Shown here: positions 30,601-42,200 of the stretch, piece after piece
Numbering within the stretch: the first letter of the stretch is position 1
How the letters are laid out: the number at the start of each line of letters is the position of its first letter
Assembly (NCBI GenBank): GCA_040954595.2
Contig: CM082578.2
Coordinates: forward strand, 215,740-279,739
Direction of reading: 5' to 3'
DNA: 64,000 nt
DNA from: Balanoglossus misakiensis
Lineage: Eukaryota > Animalia > Hemichordata
The notes under the pieces: generated by a model
Told to the model about the DNA's origin: nothing
Databases searched by the model: none
Seen by the model: only the letters and a program-made list of their open reading frames with translations
Program-made: the position numbers and the translations under genes

Positions 30601-33600
30601 ACATTGACCACGTTGATCAAGTCAGATCTCCTACGGCCTGGCTCGACTAAAACCCCGGCACACCATGACAGACACTAGCGTTCGTTAGCAACGGTGATCA
30701 AGTCGGATTTCCTTCGGCCTGGCTCTGCAAAAGACCCGACACTCTAGTACAAAGACGTTGGCTAAGTCGAGCAAACCGAAGAGGGAAAGTCACAGCGGGT
30801 CAACACTCGACATTTGTTTGGGTAGGACTGCATTATTGCCTGTCAATTTATAGAGGAAGCCCGAATTTAACCAGGGCGTTTCCAACACCGATGTTAGTTG
30901 GGGGCACGGCCTGCAGTACTGCCGGGTAAGCTGACATCGGCGTACCGCATATAATGTAAGGGGGGGGGGGTGGGGGGGGGGAACGGAACGGTTCAATACT
31001 ACATTTATTAGATATCAGCTAATTTTGGACAATCATCTAAAATCTAAATCATTTTTTCATATTTGGATATCTGATGATGTAGGAAATTTCCATTATATGT
31101 AAAAATGGTGCTGATTATAAAAAATGCACTCTGAATGAGCTGATTTAATACAAAATTGCGTTTTATTCGTTTTTGCACCAAAAAGGTCATTTTTAGGCAA
31201 AACATTCTTTATTTTTTTAATTCGGTGACCTGATCATATATAAACAATTGCTTGTATGTTAAAAGTTTTTATGACTTTTAAAAGCAGTGACACTGGCGGC
31301 ATTCAACACGAAAATAACAATTTTAGCCACAATTTGGTCAAAATGGTAAATTTTTGAAAATTATAAAAAATACCTGTTTTCTACATTTTCGGAAATCTGA
31401 TGGAGTATAGAATGCTCTTCGTATGTATATATCGATACAAATTCCACAAAAGACCGTCTAATTTGGCTCACTGCAGACAAAATTGCGTTTTACCAAATTT
31501 TCCTTGAAAATGTCATTTTTAGAAAAAATAAATAAAAAAACCTTTGTTCTTCGAATTTGGTGCCCTGATCATATATGACATGTTGATTGTATGTTAAAAC
31601 TTTCGACCACTCTAAAAATGCAGAGATATTGACGGAATTCAAGAAAAAATAGCCATTTTGGCCATACTTTGACAAAAATGGTAAATTTTTAAAAAATCAT
31701 AAAAAATTAACTCTTTTCTTCATTTTCGGAAATATTATGGAGCATGAAGTGTCGTTCTCTTGTAAAAAGTGCTGCAAATTCCAGAAAAGGCGGTATAATT
31801 TGAATCACCCAAGACAAAATTACCATTTTCGACTTTTTTTCGAAAAATTGTCTTTTTTACAAAATAAATAAGAATAAATTCTTTTCTTAGTTTCAAACGG
31901 GTAGAGATACTTTCCACACGGGTTTCCTAACATTGACTTCCCGTTCATCAACTCAGATTTCCTACAGCATAAGTCGGCTAAAACCCTGACACTCTAGAGC
32001 AGAAACAGTTGCACACTGGAAACGTTGAACAAGTCGATTTTTCTACGGCCTGGCTCGGCTAAATCTCCGTCACAATATGACAGACACTAGCGTACGTTAG
32101 CAACGGTGATCAAGTGAGATTTTCTACGGCATGGCTTGGCTAAAGCCCTGGCACTCTAGAGCAGAAACACGCGAACAGAGACCACGTTGATCTACTCACA
32201 TTTCCTTCGGCCTGGCACGGCTGATGCCCCGGCACTATATATATGACACAGACTGGCGTAAGTTAACAACGGTAATCACGTCGGGTTTCCTACGGCCTGG
32301 CTCAGCTGAAGCCCCGGCACTCTAGAGCAGAAACAGGCGTACATTGACCACGTTGATCAAGTCAGATTTCCTACGGCCTGGCTCGACTAAAACCCCGGCA
32401 CACCATGACAGACACTAGCGTTCGTTAGCAACGGTGATCAAGTCGGATTTCCTTCGGCCTGGCTCTGCAAAAGATCCGACACTCTAGTACAAAGACGTTG
32501 GCTAAGTCGGGCAAACCGAAGAGGGAATGTCACAGCGGGTCAACACTCGACATTTGTTCGGGTAGGACTGCATTATTGCCTGTCAATTTATAGAGAAAGC
32601 CCGAATTTAACCAGGGCGTTTCAAACACCGACGTTAGTTGGGGGCACGGCCTGCAGTACTGCCGGGTAAGCTTACATCGGCGTACCGCATATAATGTAGG
32701 GGGGGGGGGACAGAACGGTTCAATACTACATTTATTAGATATCAGCTAATTTTGGACAATCATCTAAAATCTAAATCATTTTTTCATATTTGGATATCTG
32801 ATGATGTATGAAATTTCCATTTTATGTAAAAATGGTGCTGATTATAAAAAATGCACTCTGAATGAGCTGATTTAATACAAAATTGCGTTTTTGCACCAAA
32901 AAGGTAATTTTTAGGCAAAACATTCTTTATTTTTTTTAATTCGGTGACCTGATCATATATAAACAATTGCTTGTATGTTAAACGTTTTTATGACTTTTAA
33001 AAGCAGTGACACTGGCGGCATTCAACACGAAAATAACAATTTTAGCCACAATTTGGTCAAAATGGTAAATTTTTGAAAATTACAAAAAAGACCTGTTTTC
33101 TACATTTTCGGAAATCTGATGGAGTATAGAATGCTCTTCGTATGTATATATCGATACAAATTCCACAAAAGACCGTCTAATTTGGCTCACTGCAGACGAA
33201 ATTGCTTTTTACAAAATTTTCCTTGAAAATGTCATTTTTAGAAAAAAAACTAAAAAAACCTTTGTTCTTCGAATTTGGTGCCCTGATCATATATGACATG
33301 TTGATTGTATGTTAAAACTTTCGACCACTCCAAAAATGCAGAGATATTGACGGAATTCAATAAAAAATAGCCATTTTGGCCATATTTTGACAAAAAAGGT
33401 AAATTTTTAAAAAATAATAAAAAATTAACTCTTTTCTTCATTTTCGGAAATATTATGGAGCATGAAGTGTCGTTCTCTTGTAAAAAGTGCTGCAAATTGC
33501 AGAAAAGGCGGTATAATTTGAATCACCCAAGACAAAATTACCATTTTCGACTTTTTTTTCGAAAAATTGTCTTTTTTACAAAATAAATAAAAATAAATTA

Positions 33601-34585
33601 TTTTATTAGTTTCAAACGGGTAGAGATACTTTCCACACGGATTTTCTAACATTGAATTCCCGTTCATCAACTCAGATTTCCTACAGCATAAGTCGGCTAA
33701 AATCCTGACACTCTAGAGCAGAAACAGTTGCACACTGGTAACGTTGAACAAGTCGATTTTTCTACGGCATGGCTCGGCTAAATCTTCGTCACAATATGAC
33801 AGACACTATCGTACGTTAGCAACGGTGATCAAGTCAGATTTTCTACGGCATGGCTTGGATAAAGCCCCGGCACTCTAGAGCAGAAACACGCGTACAGAGA
33901 CCACGTTGATCAAGTCTGATCTCCTACGGCTTGGCTCGACTAAAACCCCGGCACACTATGATAGACACTAGAGTTCGTTAGCAACGTTGATCAAGTCAGA
34001 TTTCCTACGGCATGGCTTGGCTAAAGCCCTGGCACTCTAGAGCAGAAACACGCGTACAAAAACCACGTTGATCTACTCACATTTCCTTCGACCTGGCACG
34101 GCTGATGCCCCGGCACTATATATAGGACACAGACTGGCGTAAGTTAACAACGGTAATCACGTCGTGTTTCCTACGGCCTGGCTCAGCTGAAGCCCCGGCG
34201 CTCTAGAGCAGAAACAGGCGTACATTGACCACGTTGATCAAGTCAGATTTCCTACGGCGTGACTCGGCTGGTGCACCGGCTCTATATGACACAGACTGGC
34301 GTAAGTTATCAACGGTGATTACGTCGGATTTCCTACGGCCTGGTTTAGCTGAAGCCCCGGCACTTTAGAGCGGAAACACGCGTACATTGACCACGATGAT
34401 CAAGTCAGATCTCCTACGGCCTGGCTCGACTAAAACCCCGGCACACCATGACAGACACTAGCGTTCGTTAGCAACGGTGATCAAGTCGGATTACCTTCGG
34501 CCTGGCTCTGCAAAAGACCCGACACTCTAGTACAAAGACGTTGGCTAAGTCGGGCAAACCGAACAGGGAAAGTCACAGCGGGTCA
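24669..34585 (-). repeat. 2-kb macrosatellite, inverted block (~5 units, variable monomer number)
   Basis: Unit landmarks at 25254, 27304, 29359, 31917 and ~33636. Confidence 0.96.
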
Positions 34586-34587
34586 TT

Positions 34588-34872
34588 ATGGTGGTCTTCG
34601 GTAACGCCAACGAAGCCAGACAGATTTTATTTGCGGCCCCTGGATGCCTGAAAGGAAACAAGTTGAAAGGAAACCAGATTTATGTGTCTGACGATGTAAG
34701 CAAGAAAGTATACGCGGAACGGAAGAGGCTACTACAGTATGCAAGCAAGATAAAGAGAGAAGCGTCGACGAAAAGCTGCTACATAGCTTGGAAAGTGCCG
34801 GCAACACTCGTAATCAAGTACGCTAATGGTGTCAAAAAGGAACTCACGGTAAATGACATTCCAGAAAAATGA
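34588..34872 (+). pseudogene. C-terminal fragment of L1-type ORF1p
   Basis: Lies at the truncated 5' end upstream of ORF2; IYVSDDVSKKVYAERKRL resembles the L1/Tx1 ORF1 RRM-CTD junction. Confidence 0.7.
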
Positions 34873-35332
34873 CATTTGTAAATGTAAATGAAAATTGTAA
34901 ATGTAAACTGGATAGTAGCGTACGACTTTGAATTACCAAACACAGTATTCATAGAATAACGGTAACGTTGTCGGCCATTGATTTTAAAGATCTCAATACA
35001 CCTCCGACACAGAGAAGGTGTGGCACTCGAGCAGAGTAGGTTTTTTTTTTCTTGCCCTTCTTTTTTGTTCTTTTTGTATTTCTTCTCCTTTTCGTCTTGC
35101 CCCCTTTCCCTGTTTGTTTTTTTCCTCCGGGGAAGGGAGTTTCGTCTCTTCTCAGTCTTCTCTTTTTTTGGCCCTTTGGGTTTTTTTCTCTCGCCTCTGT
35201 CGGCCCTTAGGGTGTGTTTGTCTTGTTTGTTTGTTGTTTCTTGATGGGTTTATTTCAAAGCGGGACACATCAGTCAATTTTCAGAAATGTTTTTGGAAGC
35301 AGTCGACACAACACATTTCATGACAATTTGAA

Positions 35333-38300
35333 ATGGATTTTTCAGTTTTGACGTTTAATACAAGAGGGCTCCGTAGTTTCAAAAAAAGGAAAAAACTTGG
35401 ATGTTGGTTAAATAGTAAGAACCCCACATTTACTTTCTTACAAGAAACCCACAGTGTAAAAGACGATGTTCACTTTTGGTCAACTCAATTTAATGGTCGC
35501 TGTTGGTTTTCGCATGGAACAAACAATAGTAGAGGTGTAATAACAATTATCAATAACCCAAATATTATAGTTAACAATTCTGTAACTGACGATATGGGTA
35601 GATTTATTCTTATTGATGTAAATTTAGACAATACGCCTTGTATACTACTTAATGTATATGCACCCAATATAGAGAAAGAGCATGTAATTTTTCTAGAAGA
35701 AATGTATTTTTTGCTGGTCAAATATGTAACCGATCCCAACACAATTGTCATTTTAGGAGGGGATTTAAATTTCACCTATAATATTGCCCTTGATCGCTCA
35801 GGAGGCAATCCTAAACCATGGGGAAAGTCCATTGCTCTTTTAGATAGGATATCTGACGTCTTCAATTTGATTGATATATGGAGGGTGCGTCATGAAGAAA
35901 AGAGAGGTTTTACCTGGAGAAGGCGCAGGCCTTATATCACTCAGAGTAGACTTGATTATTTTTTCATTTCTAGCGATTTACAGCAACAAATCAGTAGCGT
36001 TCAGATTATTCCTGGAGTGGATTCCGACCATTCAGCTGTCTCTTTGGTGTATAAATCTTGCCAAAACGAGCGGGGTCCTGGCTACTGGAAGTTTAATTCT
36101 AGTTTAATTTACGACAGTACTTTCAAAACCATTCTGCACGATAATATTGACGAGTGGATTAGTGAATCCACTAGGTTAAATGATGGGGTTCGTTGGGACT
36201 TCATAAAATTTAAGATTAGAGGTTTTGTGATTGACTACAGCAAAACAGTGGCGAAAAAACGTAGACAGAATTTACAGAATCTTGAACTGTCGGTGAATTT
36301 TCTTGAGGGTCTTTGTTCTAATCATCCTACAGTGCAAAATTACGAGATGCTCGAGTCAGCAAAGAGTGATTTGGAGAAAGTTTATGATTATATTACAGAA
36401 GGAGCGGTCGTAAGATCCAGGATTAATTGGTACGAGAAAGGTGAAAAATGTAACAAGTTCTTTTTAGGTTTGGAAAAGGTAAATAAACGCAACTCGAGTA
36501 TCAGCAATTTGAAGAAAGATGAGTATACAATTATAGACAACCCAAAGAATATTTTGTGTGAAATTAAGCAGTTTTATGCCAAGCTTTACTCAAGGTGCGC
36601 CACAAACTCCAACGATGTGCATTATTTCCTGGATGCAAATTTACCAATGTTGTCAGAGAATGATAAAGTTTTGTGTGAGGGTCCTTTGACCCCTGGGGAA
36701 GTTTTCTCTGTTCTTCTCTCCCTTCCAGACAACAAAAGCCCCGGCAATGATGGCCTTACAAAAGAATTTTACGTGGCGTTTTGGCCACAGGTGGGGAATT
36801 TAGTTTTGAATTCTCTCAATTATGGTTACAGAACGGGGGAATTTTCAAATTCACAGAAACAGAGTGTCATAACTCTGATTGATAAACCTGGGAAGGATCA
36901 ACTCTATCTGAAAAATTGGAGACCAATCTCCCTTATGAATGTTGACATGAAGCTTGCTTCAAAATGCCTTGTTAAACGTATTGAGAAAGTTTTGCCCTGC
37001 TTAATTGGTGACTCCCAAGCGGCCTTTGTCCGGGGGAGAAACATTGGTGATTATATCCGTTTGATAGATGAGATTTTTCATCACACCTGTAATGCTGATA
37101 TTCCAGCAATTTTATTAGCCATAGATTTCGAAAAAGCTTTTGACACTGTAAGTTGGGATTATCTCTACAATACATTGTCATCCTTTAATTTTGGAGTGTC
37201 CTTCATCAACTGGGTTAAAGCCTTATATTTTAACATTGAAAGCACTGTAATGAACAATGGGTTTGGGACTGGCTATTTTAAGCTTGAGAAGGGAGTGCGC
37301 CAAGGCGACCCTTTGTCACCTATGTTATTTATTCTGGTTTTAGAAACACTCTTGCATTCAATAAGAAATAACCGGCAAATTAGTGGTATCAATATTGGCA
37401 GTGTTGAAATTAAGGAGTCGGCGTTCGCCGACGATATGACCTGTTTTTTATCAAATGAAAACTCTGTAAGAATTGTTTTTGAAATGTTAACTTCCTTTTA
37501 TAATGCTTCTGGTTTGAAAGTCAACAAAGATAAGACAGAAGCTGTTTGGCTTGGGAAATGGAGACTTCGAAAAGATGAGGCGTTCGGGGTAAAGTGGCCC
37601 ACCCCTACTATCAAGATTGTGGGGATTCATTTTTCTTATAATGAAAAAATTGCCCAGGAAAAAAATATTGTTACCCCAGTCGAAAATCTAAAAAAGGTCC
37701 TCAATATGTGGAAAACTAGGAATTTGACCATCATTGGGAAAGTTCAAGTTATTAAGTCATTGGCAATTTCCAAATTAACATATGTGCTTACACATGTAAT
37801 TTTTCCTAATGAAGTAATAGGTCGGGTTCATAAGTTAATTTATAATTTTCTCTGGAATGGACAAGACCGGGTTCGCAGGAATGTAATGATAGGGGAGGTG
37901 GGCCAAGGAGGCTTAAAAATGCCCAATTTAGATGTGATGATAAAAACAAAGCAAGTATTACTGATTAAACGCCTGTTGAATGAGGAATGTAAACACCCTT
38001 GGAAACACATTGTCTTACACAGTTTAGAGAAAGTCGGTGGAAAATTACTTTTTAAATGTAACTTCCGCACCAATCTTTTGCCTGTCCAAGTTTCCAGTTT
38101 TATAAATAATTGTCTTGTCACATGGTCAGAAATCAACATAATTCCAAATACTACAGACCAGGTGATTTGGAACAACAGAAACGTCCTCGTTGGAGGAAAG
38201 TCGGTATTTTATAAGGCTTTTTCTGACGCTGGCTTTAATTTCATCCCTGACATGTTTACAGGTTTTAATAGAGTATCATGGTCTGTATTTGAGCAGAAAG

Positions 38301-39046
38301 GCCTGAATTTAAATCAGAAATTGAAGTGGTTAGGATTGACACTTTCTGTTCCAAACAAGTTAAAAAATTGTACCAAAGCACATAGTGTACATAAGCTTTG
38401 TATTTCATTGAATGGCACAATCTGTAATTTAGACACTTTAACGAAAAAGAGTTTGAAATGTAATTTGAACGACCGTATTATAGAGACTCCAAAAAGTCAA
38501 GCAACACTGGAAAAAATGTTGAATATATTTAATCTAAACTGGGAAAAAATGTATGACTTCACTTACAAGTTATCAATACATTGTAAGGCTAGAGCTTTTC
38601 AATTTAAATTACTTCACAATATTTTGTATACAAACAAACAGCTAAACAGGTACAATCCACAGAAATTTCCAACTGCTCTTTGTGATTTATGTAAAGTGGA
38701 AACAGAGTCCATCGACCATTTATTTCATAGTTGCAATTGTACTACTGCTCTCTGGAGGGACCTACTGTTTACGTTGGGTATCCCTCTTAAATTGAAAAAA
38801 CCACCATCAGTGTTATGTATGGTTTTGGGTGACCCAAACGAGACTTTTATAGTCAATTTTATAGCAATGCAAGTTAGAATGTACATTTACTACTGTAAAT
38901 TAAATAATCGAATTCCGAATATCACTGGGTTTATTGTTCAGCTCAAAAACATACATGAAATTGAACTTAAGATTGCAACTGCAAATCATAAAATGTATTT
39001 TCATCTTAAAAAATGGTCATCACTTATGAGGTATATAACAAACTGA
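35333..39046 (+). CDS. L1/Tx1 ORF2p: APE endonuclease, RT, C-terminal CCHC (1237 aa, intact)
   Basis: TFNTRGL, FLQETH, NVYAPN, GGDLN, SRLDYF, SDHSAV, GYWKFN; KSPGNDGL, NWRPISL, DFEKAFD, GVRQGDPLSP, FADD; CDLCKVETESIDHLFHSC. Confidence 0.95.
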   Translation: MDFSVLTFNTRGLRSFKKRKKLGCWLNSKNPTFTFLQETHSVKDDVHFWSTQFNGRCWFSHGTNNSRGVITIINNPNIIVNNSVTDDMGRFILIDVNLDNTPCILLNVYAPNIEKEHVIFLEEMYFLLVKYVTDPNTIVILGGDLNFTYNIALDRSGGNPKPWGKSIALLDRISDVFNLIDIWRVRHEEKRGFTWRRRRPYITQSRLDYFFISSDLQQQISSVQIIPGVDSDHSAVSLVYKSCQNERGPGYWKFNSSLIYDSTFKTILHDNIDEWISESTRLNDGVRWDFIKFKIRGFVIDYSKTVAKKRRQNLQNLELSVNFLEGLCSNHPTVQNYEMLESAKSDLEKVYDYITEGAVVRSRINWYEKGEKCNKFFLGLEKVNKRNSSISNLKKDEYTIIDNPKNILCEIKQFYAKLYSRCATNSNDVHYFLDANLPMLSENDKVLCEGPLTPGEVFSVLLSLPDNKSPGNDGLTKEFYVAFWPQVGNLVLNSLNYGYRTGEFSNSQKQSVITLIDKPGKDQLYLKNWRPISLMNVDMKLASKCLVKRIEKVLPCLIGDSQAAFVRGRNIGDYIRLIDEIFHHTCNADIPAILLAIDFEKAFDTVSWDYLYNTLSSFNFGVSFINWVKALYFNIESTVMNNGFGTGYFKLEKGVRQGDPLSPMLFILVLETLLHSIRNNRQISGINIGSVEIKESAFADDMTCFLSNENSVRIVFEMLTSFYNASGLKVNKDKTEAVWLGKWRLRKDEAFGVKWPTPTIKIVGIHFSYNEKIAQEKNIVTPVENLKKVLNMWKTRNLTIIGKVQVIKSLAISKLTYVLTHVIFPNEVIGRVHKLIYNFLWNGQDRVRRNVMIGEVGQGGLKMPNLDVMIKTKQVLLIKRLLNEECKHPWKHIVLHSLEKVGGKLLFKCNFRTNLLPVQVSSFINNCLVTWSEINIIPNTTDQVIWNNRNVLVGGKSVFYKAFSDAGFNFIPDMFTGFNRVSWSVFEQKGLNLNQKLKWLGLTLSVPNKLKNCTKAHSVHKLCISLNGTICNLDTLTKKSLKCNLNDRIIETPKSQATLEKMLNIFNLNWEKMYDFTYKLSIHCKARAFQFKLLHNILYTNKQLNRYNPQKFPTALCDLCKVETESIDHLFHSCNCTTALWRDLLFTLGIPLKLKKPPSVLCMVLGDPNETFIVNFIAMQVRMYIYYCKLNNRIPNITGFIVQLKNIHEIELKIATANHKMYFHLKKWSSLMRYITN

Positions 39047-39210
39047 GAATACCAGATTGTTTTTTTTTTTTTTTCTCTTCTTTCCATTAAGTTATGCTTC
39101 CAAAAAATAATTGTCAATTTTTTTTTTTTTTTTTTTTTTAAATCTACTTATGTATCAAAATGACTGTTTGTGTTCCCAATAAAAAGTATTAAAAAAAAAA
39201 AAAAAAAAAA

Positions 39211-42200
39211 AGTCACAGCGGGTCAACACTCGACATTTGTTCCGGTAGGACTGCATTATTGCCTGTCAATTTATAGAGAAAGCCCAAATTTAACCAGGGC
39301 GTTTCAAACACCGACGTTAGTTGGGGGCACGGCCTGCAGTACTGCCGGGTAAGCTGACATCAGCGTACCGCATATAATGTAGGGGGGGGGAACAGAACGG
39401 TTAAATACTACATTTATCAGATATCAGCTAATTTTGGACAATCATCTAAAATGTAAATCATCTTTTCATATTTGGATATCTGATGATGTATGACATTTCC
39501 ATTATATGTAAAAATGGTGCTGATTATAAAAATGCACTCTGAATGAGCTGATTTAATGCAAAATTGCGTTTTATTCGTTTTTGCACCAAAAAGGTCATTT
39601 TTAGGCAAAACATTCTTTATTTTTTTAATTCGGTGACCTGATCATATATAAACAATTGCTTGTATGTTAAAAGTTTTTATGACTTTTAAAAGCAGTGACA
39701 CTGGCGGCATTCAACACGAAAATAACAATTTTAGCCACAATTTGGTCAAAATGGTAAATTTTTGAAAATTACAAAAAATACCTGTTTTCTACATTTTCGG
39801 AAATCTGATGGAGTATAGAATGCTCTTCGTATGTATATATCGATACAAATTCCACAAAAGACCGTCTAATTTGGCTCACTGCAGACAAAATTGCGTTTTA
39901 CAAAATTTTCCTTGAAAATGTCATTTTTAGAAAAAAAAAATAAAAAAACCTTTTATTTTCGAATTTGGTGCCCTGATCATATATGACATGTTGATTGTAT
40001 GTTAAAACTTTCCAAAAATGCAGAGATATTGACGGAATTCAAGAAAAAATAGCCATTTTGGCCATATTTTGACAAAAATGGTAAATTTTTAAAAAATCAT
40101 AAAAAATTAACTCTTTTCTTCATTTTCGGAAATATTATGGAGCATGAAGTGTCGTTCTCTTGTAAAAAGTGCTGCAAATTCCAGAAAAGGCGGTATAATT
40201 TGAATCACCCAAGACAAAATTACCATTTTCGACTTTTTTTCAAAAAATTGTCTTTTTTACAAAATAAATAAGAATTAATTCTTTTCTTAGTTTCAAACGG
40301 GTAGAGATACTTTCCACACGGGTTTTCTAACATTGAATTCCCGTTCATCAACTCAGATTGCCTACAGCATAAGTCGGCTAAAACCCTGAGACTTTAGAGC
40401 AGAAACAGTTGCACACTGGTAACGTTGAACAAGTCGATTTTTCTACGGCCTGGCTCGGCTAAATCTCCGTCACAATATGACAGACACTATCGTACGTTAG
40501 CAACGGTGATCAAGTCAGATTTTCAACGGCATGGGTTGGATAAAGCCCCGGCACTCTAGAGCAGAAACACGCGTACAGAGACCACGTTGATCAAGTCTGA
40601 TCTCCTACGGCTTGGCTCGACTAAAACCCCGGCACACTATGACAGACACTAGCGTTCGTTAGCAACGTTGATCAAGTCAGATTTCCTACGGCATGGCTTT
40701 GCTAAAGCCCTGACACTCTAGAGCAGAAACACGCGTACAGAGACCACGTTGATCTACTCACATTTCCTTCGGCCTGGCACGGCTGATGCCCCGGCACTAT
40801 ATATAGGACACAGACTGGCGTAAGTTAACAACGGTAATCACGTCGGGTTTCCTACGGCCTGGCTCAGCTGAAGCCCCGGCACTCTAGAGCAGAAACAGGC
40901 GTACATTGACCACGTTGATCAAGTCAGATTTCCTACGGCGTGACTCGGCTGGTGCACCGGCTCTATATGACACAGACTGGCGTAAGTTATCAACGGTGAT
41001 TACGTCGGATTTCCTACGGCCTGGTTTAGCTGAAGCCCCGGCACTTTAGAGCGGAAACACGCGTACATTGACCACGATGATCAAGTCAGATCTCCTACGG
41101 CCTGGCTCGACTAAAACCCCGGCACACCATGACAGACATTAGCGTTCGTTAGCAACGGTGATCAAGTCGGATTTCCTTCGGCCTGGCTCTGTAAAAGACC
41201 CGACACTCTAGTACAAAGACGTTGGCTAAGTCGGGCAAACCGAACAGGGAAAGTCACAGCGGGTCAACACTCGACATTTGTTCCGGTAGGACTGCATTAT
41301 TGCCTGTCAATTTATAGAGAAAGCCCGAATTTAACCAGGGCGTTTCAAACAAGGACGTTATTTGGGGGCACGGCCTGCAGTACTGCCGGGTAAGCTGACA
41401 TCGACGTACCGCATATAATGTAGGGGGGGGGGGGGGACAGAACGGTTCAATACTACATTTATTAGATATCAGCTAATTTTGGACAATCATCTAAAATCTA
41501 AATCATTTTTTCATATTTGGATATCTGATGATGTATGAAATTTCCATTATATGTAAAAATGGTGCTGATTATAAAAAATGCACTCTGAATGAGCTGATTT
41601 AATACAAAATTGCGTTTTATTCGTTTTTGCACCAAAAAGGTCATTTTTAGGCAAAACATTCTTTATTTTTTTAATTCGGTGACCTGATCATATATAAACA
41701 ATTGCTTGTATGTTAAAAGTTTTTATGACTTTTAAAAGCAGTGACACTGGCGGCATTCAACACGAAAATAACAATTTTAGCCACAATTTGGTCAAAATGG
41801 TAAATTTTTGAAAATTACAAAAAATACCTGTTTTCTACATTTTCGGAAATCTGATGGAGTATAGAATGCTCTTCGTACGTATATATCGATACAAATTCCA
41901 CAAAAGACCGTCTAATTTGGCTCACTGCAGACAAAATTGCGTTTTACAAAATTTTCCTTGAAAATGTCATTTTTAGAAAAAAAAAATAAAAAAACCTTTT
42001 ATCTTCGAATTTGGTGCCCTGATCATATATGACATGTTGATTGTATGTTAAAACTTTCGACCACTCCAAAAATGCAGAGATATTGACGGAATTCAAGAAA
42101 AAATAGCCATTTTGGCCATATTTTGACAAAAATGGTAAATTTTTAAAAAATCATAAAAAATTAACTCTTTTCTTCATTTTCGGAAATATTATGGAGCATG

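Larger units (their letters stand above)
34586..39210 (+). mobile_element. L1/Tx1-clade non-LTR retrotransposon, 5'-truncated, with poly(A) and a 14-17 bp TSD
   Basis: (aaa)gtcacagcgggtca occurs at 34569-34585 and again ending at 39225; AATAAA at 39178; A20 tail at 39191-39210. Confidence 0.95.

Noticed and set aside
34978-35323. Phe/Leu/Ser-rich ORFs as membrane proteins
   Set aside because: Artefact of translating the T-rich inter-ORF spacer.
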